This document shows positions 47,090 through 52,418 of a DNA stretch of 52,418 nt, in pieces. The DNA lies in IMG/VR virus record IMGVR_UViG_3300031673_000067, positions 1-52,418 of that record; one strand, written 5' to 3'. Each line of letters opens with the position of its first letter. The stretch's first letter is position 1. This DNA is from a virus (Duplodnaviria > Caudoviricetes). The notes below the pieces were generated by a model. It was not told where the DNA came from and did not search any database. It was given only the letters and a program-made list of their open reading frames with translations. A program made the translations under genes and the position numbers.

Positions 47090-47234
47090 TATTTTTATCC
47101 TTTTCTACTAATATATATTTTTGTAAACATTTATGATCAGGACACTCATACACATATTTGTAATAATTCTTAAGCTCTATCACTCCTATGATGATCATTT
47201 CCTTATTACAAAATCTACATATTTGCGCTTCCAT
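47073..47234 (-). CDS. 53-aa zinc-ribbon microprotein
   Basis: MEAQICRFCNKEM...YECPDHKC; TAATG overlap with the upstream gene. Confidence 0.6.
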   Translation of the reverse strand: MEAQICRFCNKEMIIIGVIELKNYYKYVYECPDHKCLQKYILVEKDKNNAKNR

Positions 47235-47431
47235 TATTCAGGTCTTTCTAAATATTTCCATTCATCAACCAATATTACCTCATGCGCTATTTCGTCTTCT
47301 ATCATATACCAATGCCCGGCATTATACGTACCAAGAGTCCCGCCATCAGCATTATTGATTATGATTTTTACAAGGGCATCAGGTTTTTCTTCAGCTGCTT
47401 TTCTCCATCTCCACCAATTATAATCAGACAT
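47234..47431 (-). CDS. DUF551-like small protein
   Basis: WR.A.EEKP...W.YL..PE pattern; AAGGAG RBS. Confidence 0.6.
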   Translation of the reverse strand: MSDYNWWRWRKAAEEKPDALVKIIINNADGGTLGTYNAGHWYMIEDEIAHEVILVDEWKYLERPE

Positions 47432-47546
47432 ATTAACTCCTTTATAAGTGCCGGGCGCAGGTACCCGGCGGTGAAAAAGTTAGAGTTACCCGGGGAGGGG
47501 CTCGCTCGATTATTCCTTTTTTATCCCCTGCTCTGTATATAGACCA

Positions 47547-48491
47547 TCAACGATGGCTTATCTCTGTTTTTATTTTTTCAACTGCCTCATTTAACTGATT
47601 AATAAAAATATTAAATATTTTAACCATTTCTTGATCTACAATCTCTGGTTTTTTTATCTCATTAATATTATTAAGATATACAATCAATTTTTCTTTATCA
47701 GGAGCCTGTCTTGCTTTTTGTTCGGCTTCCTCTTTTGCTTTAATTTCTGCAAGCCTTTTTTCTTCCGCCTCCCTCTTTTCCCTTTTTTCTGCTTCTATTT
47801 TTGCTATCATTTCTGCCTCTATTTTTGCTTTGGCTGCCTGTTCTTCTTTGAGTTTCTTATCAGCTTTTTCTTTCTCTTTTTTTGCCATTTCTTCTAGATG
47901 AGCTTTTTCTATCTCAGCTTTTGCTCTCTCATCAGCTAATAATTTTTCTTGTTTTTTTCTTTCAGCCTCAGCAAGTTTTTCTCTCTCTATAGCTTCTCTT
48001 TTTAATCGTTCATTTTCTGCCTTGATTCTTTCCTGTTTTTCAATTTCTGCCTTGATTCTCGCTTGCTCTCGTTCAAATTCCTCTTTTTCTAAGCGCTCTC
48101 TCTCCAGTCTAAGTCGCTCATTTTCTTCGGCAATAAGCCGATTTTTCGTAAAATTTTCTTGATTATCAAGATATTTTTCAATTGGTTCTATAAGCGCTTT
48201 TAGAACATTTGCAATTCCGTCTATCGCTTTTCCCTCTCGCAAAGATTGCTCTTTCAATTCCTTTCTTGTTTTTTCGATTGTAATCCTTTTTTCTCGCAGA
48301 AATAGTCTCCCTACTCGTGCCATTTCCATATCAACCGTTTGATCATCGCTGGTGACAACAATTCCTTTTGCCCGTGTTTCCCATTCACTAGCGATTTTAA
48401 AATAATCCTGAAATTTTTCCAATATGTACTCAGCTTTAGTTTTTTCTAATCCTGAATTGTTAACAATTGTTATTAATTGATTGTTATTCAT
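47547..48491 (-). CDS. Long coiled-coil phage protein
   Basis: ARVGRLFLREKRITIEKTRKELKE..LREGKAID followed by E/K/R-rich heptads. Confidence 0.8.
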   Translation of the reverse strand: MNNNQLITIVNNSGLEKTKAEYILEKFQDYFKIASEWETRAKGIVVTSDDQTVDMEMARVGRLFLREKRITIEKTRKELKEQSLREGKAIDGIANVLKALIEPIEKYLDNQENFTKNRLIAEENERLRLERERLEKEEFEREQARIKAEIEKQERIKAENERLKREAIEREKLAEAERKKQEKLLADERAKAEIEKAHLEEMAKKEKEKADKKLKEEQAAKAKIEAEMIAKIEAEKREKREAEEKRLAEIKAKEEAEQKARQAPDKEKLIVYLNNINEIKKPEIVDQEMVKIFNIFINQLNEAVEKIKTEISHR

Positions 48492-48567
48492 TAAGTTTTC
48501 CTTTATTTATTCATTCATATATTTTGACCATCAACGATGATCTTAATAACTCTAGTAACACTAGAGA

Positions 48568-48732
48568 TTATTCCCCCTCATATTCTACATATCCACGACC
48601 ATGACAAACAGGGCAATTAGTATAATCAGTCATGCCCTCTCCTGTGCCATTACAAGACCAACATTCAATTATTTCATATTCTCCTTCGTCATAATCATCA
48701 AAATAGGTGTTGTCAATTATTTCTTCAACCAT
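48568..48732 (-). CDS. 54-aa DnaJ-type zinc-finger microprotein
   Basis: CWSCNGTG...CPVCHGRG; AAGGAG RBS. Confidence 0.65.
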   Translation of the reverse strand: MVEEIIDNTYFDDYDEGEYEIIECWSCNGTGEGMTDYTNCPVCHGRGYVEYEGE

Positions 48733-48735
48733 TTT

Positions 48736-48996
48736 TTACTCCTTAACAAGATATTTATGTCCGTTTTCAATTATGTAATTATTAAAATCATCCTGATTTC
48801 TATCGTGTAATATTCTTATACCTCTATCATTTTTAAAATCTGCACAAATTCTATCAATAAATGATATATATTCATAATTTGGGAATTCAAACGGTTTTTT
48901 GTTGACTAGATTACAATAAATATTGTATCGTGTTTGTATTCCATCATAGATTATCATTTTGAATTCCTTTAATAACAGGATATATTTTGTAAACAT
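48736..48996 (-). CDS. Hypothetical protein (start probably MIIYDG, ~48957)
   Basis: ORF with AAAGGA before the second Met. Confidence 0.6.
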   Translation of the reverse strand: MFTKYILLLKEFKMIIYDGIQTRYNIYCNLVNKKPFEFPNYEYISFIDRICADFKNDRGIRILHDRNQDDFNNYIIENGHKYLVKE

Positions 48997-49117
48997 CTAT
49001 TATATTAATATGATGTTTGTTAAGTGCATCTGCTGCGCCTCTGCCATACGATCTAATTATTTTGCCGTTGATCATAATAATGTCATAATACATATTATCT
49101 CCTTGTTTATATTATTG

Positions 49118-49294
49118 TTAATATATTTCTATAACATTCCCGCACCGAGGATTAATTGTTAAAGAATCTCTATCATCATCGTCGACTTTTAATATTTCTA
49201 ATGATGTATCATTAAAATTTTGTAATCTAAATATTTTAGATCCTATCCTAATTTTTATTAGTTCGCCTTCTTTTAATGTAATTTCATTTCTCAT
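49118..49294 (-). CDS. 58-aa hypothetical protein
   Basis: Start reassigned to MRNEITL with AAGGAG RBS. Confidence 0.65.
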   Translation of the reverse strand: MRNEITLKEGELIKIRIGSKIFRLQNFNDTSLEILKVDDDDRDSLTINPRCGNVIEIY

Positions 49295-49389
49295 AATAAA
49301 TCTCCTTGTTTTATAGTGCCGGTATTTCCCGACCGGCAGCGGGCAAACTTGGAGATTATACACCTAACAGATATATAATCTCATTTTGT

Positions 49390-50157
49390 TTACCAGGTAT
49401 GGTTTCGTGTTGTTTCAAATTCTCCGTTTGGCAATACATATACAACAATATTATCAATGTCACATTCCTCATTCGGATCATTGCATTCAACAGAGTATCT
49501 CTCATATATCTGTTTTTCACCAGTTTCTTTTGCTAATTTTTTTAGATTAGTTATTTTTTCTTCTTTATCTATTTCTCTTTTTTGTCTTTCATTTTCTTTT
49601 TCATTTTCTTTTATCTCTAATGCTTTTTTTGCATCTTCTAATAGGTTTTGAACATTTTCTTCATCAACTTCTAATCCTCCATATGATCCCAGGTTAGAAG
49701 GAATGGTTTTTGCGCTGTATTTCTCTGGATTTTTCTTTAATAATTCTGCGGCAATATCATCATATTTTGACAATTCATTACGCATTTTTTCTGAATATAT
49801 AGATATTTCAAATCTTTTTGTATCAGCACAATCACAACCCATCTCGTATGTATATCCTGTTATTTTTGTGTTTTTGTAGTCTTCTTCTGTTTTTTCTTCT
49901 TCACATAATTTCTTCCAGTTTTCATAATCGTTATAATTTGTAATTTTTATAAATGCGGTTTTTGTAGGAATATCAACACCAAATATTTTTTTTATTTCTG
50001 CTTTTTTTAGTTCTAGTGAAGGCTGCAAACCTTTTTCATCTCTCGCATATGTAACATGATATTCTGTTTTTACTCGACCAACACTAAGATATTCTGCTTT
50101 ACATGTAAGTTCTTTTCCTGTTTTACTAAATCCCTCAATCAAAAATTCTTTTGTCAT
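49390..50157 (-). CDS. Hypothetical protein, first gene of the leftward early operon
   Basis: 255 aa, AAGGAG RBS; C-terminal AKETGEKQ...CNDPNEECDID...TTRNHTW. Confidence 0.85.
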   Translation of the reverse strand: MTKEFLIEGFSKTGKELTCKAEYLSVGRVKTEYHVTYARDEKGLQPSLELKKAEIKKIFGVDIPTKTAFIKITNYNDYENWKKLCEEEKTEEDYKNTKITGYTYEMGCDCADTKRFEISIYSEKMRNELSKYDDIAAELLKKNPEKYSAKTIPSNLGSYGGLEVDEENVQNLLEDAKKALEIKENEKENERQKREIDKEEKITNLKKLAKETGEKQIYERYSVECNDPNEECDIDNIVVYVLPNGEFETTRNHTW

Positions 50158-50208
50158 AATAAATCTCCTTGTTTGTTTTTGATAGTTTTTATTTCCTATC
50201 TAATTAAT

Positions 50209-50236
50209 AGTATAGCACATATTTATATTTTGTCAA
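50209..50236 (-). promoter_or_regulatory. Leftward early promoter
   Basis: TTGACA-N16-TATACT with TG extended -10. Confidence 0.7.
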
Positions 50237-50323
50237 GAGTTTTTTTATATATTTTTTAATTATTTTTATATTTTTTACTTATTATAGTACTCAAATATTT
50301 TCTATATTATTTTATAATTTCTC

Positions 50324-50351
50324 TTGACATTTTATATAATTGGTGTATAAT
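50324..50351 (+). promoter_or_regulatory. Rightward early promoter
   Basis: TTGACA-N16-TATAAT. Confidence 0.7.
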
Positions 50352-50355
50352 TAAT

Positions 50356-50577
50356 ATGAAAGGAGTATTTATGAAATACATTACTATGAAAGCAATCGAC
50401 TGGGAAAGATTTTTTCGAGAGACAGAACTAAGTCCAGCTGAGACAGCGGTAAAAATAAATAGGTCTGCTGCTACTATATATGCGTATATAGATAGAAAAT
50501 ATCTTAAACTTTCTACTATTAATAACATGATCAAAAATTTTCCAGAAATAAAAAATTATATTATTGAGGACAAATGA
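50356..50577 (+). CDS. Cro-like helix-turn-helix protein
   Basis: LSPAETAVKINRSAATIYAY HTH pattern; true start probably at MKYITM after AGGAG. Confidence 0.7.
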   Translation: MKGVFMKYITMKAIDWERFFRETELSPAETAVKINRSAATIYAYIDRKYLKLSTINNMIKNFPEIKNYIIEDK

Positions 50578-51152
50578 TGAATGATTTAGAAAAAGAAAAA
50601 ACTATGACTATTAAAGAATTAGCAGAAGTTTTAAATCTTGATGTTCGTACTATACAATTAAAAGTTAAAGAGTTATTCCCTGATATAGTAAAAGAGAAAG
50701 TGAAAACTTATTTAAATGAATATCAAGTTACATCGATAAAACTTGCCTGCGAAAAAAAATTCGCAGTTAAAACTGAGCTTGAAAAAGAATTGCTTATACA
50801 TCAAGCTATGATTTATCAACAAGAAAAGATCAATATATTGCAGCTAGAAATTGAGAAAATGAAACCAAAGGCCGTTAGTTATGATATATTTATTTCCTCA
50901 AAAGGTTTACATGATATGGATGAAGTTGCAAAGCTATTCGGCACTGGTAGAAATAGACTATTTAAGCTTTTGAGAGATAATAATTATTTAAAAACCAATA
51001 ACGTTCCATATCAACAATTTATTGACGCAGGATATTTTGAGGTAAAAGAAAAAGTCATCCCCACCGGAGAGGCTATACCAGTTACTAAAGTCACATCATC
51101 TGGTATTGTGGCGACAGAGAATATAATCAGGAGAATTGGAAATGACCTGTAA
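50574..51152 (+). CDS. Phage antirepressor with KilAC (ANT) C-terminal domain
   Basis: MTIKELAEVL; MKPKA..YD, GRNRLFKLLR, NVPYQQFIDAGYFEVKE, TKVTSSG. Confidence 0.9.
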   Translation: MMNDLEKEKTMTIKELAEVLNLDVRTIQLKVKELFPDIVKEKVKTYLNEYQVTSIKLACEKKFAVKTELEKELLIHQAMIYQQEKINILQLEIEKMKPKAVSYDIFISSKGLHDMDEVAKLFGTGRNRLFKLLRDNNYLKTNNVPYQQFIDAGYFEVKEKVIPTGEAIPVTKVTSSGIVATENIIRRIGNDL

Positions 51153-51288
51153 AGATTGTAAACATCAGTATAGTCATAGTAGCCGGTGTGTGTACTGCAT
51201 ACATTATTATGCTCGTATATATACAATACCAGACCAGATTAAAAATAAATTAACTGATAGAAAGGTGAGCGTATGCAAATAACTAACA
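51002..51288. repeat. Second copy of the left terminal overlap
   Basis: See 1-287. Confidence 0.97.
51142..51282 (+). CDS. 46-aa zinc-finger microprotein (allele B)
   Basis: MTCKDCKHQYSHSSRCVYCIHYY...VSVCK*; all Cys conserved relative to allele A. Confidence 0.65.
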   Translation: MTCKDCKHQYSHSSRCVYCIHYYARIYTIPDQIKNKLTDRKVSVCK

Positions 51289-52124
51289 AATATAATTTAC
51301 CTGAGGCTATTGTATCTGCTATTCATGCGTTTCAGTATAACTATACAGCGTCTAAAACAGGGGAGGAAAAATTTACCGTATCTGAATTGCTTAAACCAGC
51401 GTATCAAAGATATTTGCAAAAAAAGCATTTTGCTCAGATCACGGAGGACGCTAGCGAGCGTATATGGGCGTTAATGGGACAGGCTATGCATGCAGTGCTA
51501 AATAATCAAAATGTTGATAATAGCTTGTCTGAGGAGCGTTTACGGGCTGTTATAGACAATGTTATAATTTCCGGGCAAATAGATATGTACAAAGACGGGA
51601 TAATTGATGACTACAAATTCTGTTCTACCTGGAAATATATTTTTCATGATTATGAAGAGTTTGAAAAGCAGCTTAATATCTATGCATATCTATGTAGAAC
51701 AACCGGATTGCCTGTAAATGAAATTAGAGCTATTTTGGTTTTCAATAATTGGTCTTTAGAAGAGGCAGACAGAAAATCTGCCTATCCTCAAGAGCCTATA
51801 AAAGTCATTCCTCTTAATCTCTGGGATAATGAAACTACATTAGAATTTATCCGGGAGAGAATCACAGCACATCAACATCCTCACATTTGTAACGAATCAG
51901 AACGGTGGTCTAAACAAACAAAATATGCTGTCATGAAAAATAAGAACAAATCAGCAAAATCATTATGCAATAGTTTATCAGAAGCGGAAATCTATATCGA
52001 AAATCTAAATGATACTAAAAATAAATACAGAATTGATATAAGACCTGGCGTTGATAAACGATGTAATAAATATTGTAATGTTAAGAATTTTTGTAGCTAT
52101 TATCTTGGAAAAAATAAGGAGTAA
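51273..52124 (+). CDS. Cas4-like PD-(D/E)XK exonuclease (allele B)
   Basis: FTVSELLKP, MGQAMH, ISGQIDMY, DDYK, QLNIYAYL; Cys cluster HIC...RCNKYCNVKNFC. Confidence 0.82.
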   Translation: MQITNKYNLPEAIVSAIHAFQYNYTASKTGEEKFTVSELLKPAYQRYLQKKHFAQITEDASERIWALMGQAMHAVLNNQNVDNSLSEERLRAVIDNVIISGQIDMYKDGIIDDYKFCSTWKYIFHDYEEFEKQLNIYAYLCRTTGLPVNEIRAILVFNNWSLEEADRKSAYPQEPIKVIPLNLWDNETTLEFIRERITAHQHPHICNESERWSKQTKYAVMKNKNKSAKSLCNSLSEAEIYIENLNDTKNKYRIDIRPGVDKRCNKYCNVKNFCSYYLGKNKE

Positions 52125-52126
52125 TT

Positions 52127-52418
52127 ATGGAAAAGAAATCATATCAAGAACTTTTTGCATATAAAGTAAATTGCAAATGCGGCACTGAAAATATCATTTT
52201 TTCTGAAAATGAGGACACTCAGCAAAATGACGCTATAACTGTGTATTGTATATGTAAAAAATGTGGCAGGGTGGTAAAATTTTTACTACCGAAAGAAAAA
52301 ATTGAAAATGAATTAAATGAGTATAAAAAGAAAACAATATTTTCTGATGAATTGTTGTGGATTGTCGAATATTTTGACGAATTAAATATCAGATATCTGT
52401 TAGACGCTAATGATTTAA
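52127..52418 (+). CDS. Long-N-terminus allele of the 1064-1372 gene (runs off the window end)
   Basis: ATG 52127 with AAGGAG RBS; 55-codon Cys-rich leader in frame with KEKIENELNEY... from 52292. Confidence 0.8.
   Translation, partial: MEKKSYQELFAYKVNCKCGTENIIFSENEDTQQNDAITVYCICKKCGRVVKFLLPKEKIENELNEYKKKTIFSDELLWIVEYFDELNIRYLLDANDL

Noticed and set aside
51273-52124. Cas4-like gene as evidence of a CRISPR-Cas system
   Set aside because: Stand-alone phage nuclease in a recombination-gene position, with no array or other cas genes.
52292-52418. Terminal repeat as a physical direct terminal repeat of the virion DNA
   Set aside because: It matches an internal position (1082-1208), not the first base. 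Its 127-bp length suggests an assembler overlap, and PBSX-type terminases usually package headfuls.

Overview
A near-complete, AT-rich, about 51 kb tailed-phage genome (myovirus). It has an HK97-type head, a PBSX-type terminase and a Mu-like contractile tail and baseplate. Two-component spanins imply a diderm host. A divergent promoter pair at about 50.2-50.35 kb drives a short rightward early operon (HTH, antirepressor, exonuclease, SSB-like gene, orphan sensor histidine kinase; it wraps from the window end to 1-4081) and a very long leftward arm (accessory genes, methyltransferases, replication initiator plus DnaB, packaging, head, tail, lysis). I found no integrase, CI-type repressor, tRNA, CRISPR array or reverse transcriptase. 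The window ends overlap (1-~287 resembles 51002-~51288; 1082-1208 is identical to 52292-52418) but enclose two different PD-(D/E)XK exonuclease cassettes, i.e. two alternative alleles of one locus. Other notable items: an orphan membrane histidine kinase with a Cys4 insert; a lysis region with a C39-like peptidase, a GH50-like glycosidase and a methylesterase-type hydrolase but no canonical endolysin; a structured RNA leader before the replication gene; and several gene-capture scars (a C5-MTase inside an amino-MTase, sce7726/sce7725 inside an RNA ligase, a Bro-N/endonuclease module between 33-bp direct repeats, stacked SSB 'DIPF' tails). All family calls come from recognising motifs by eye; no database search was run.
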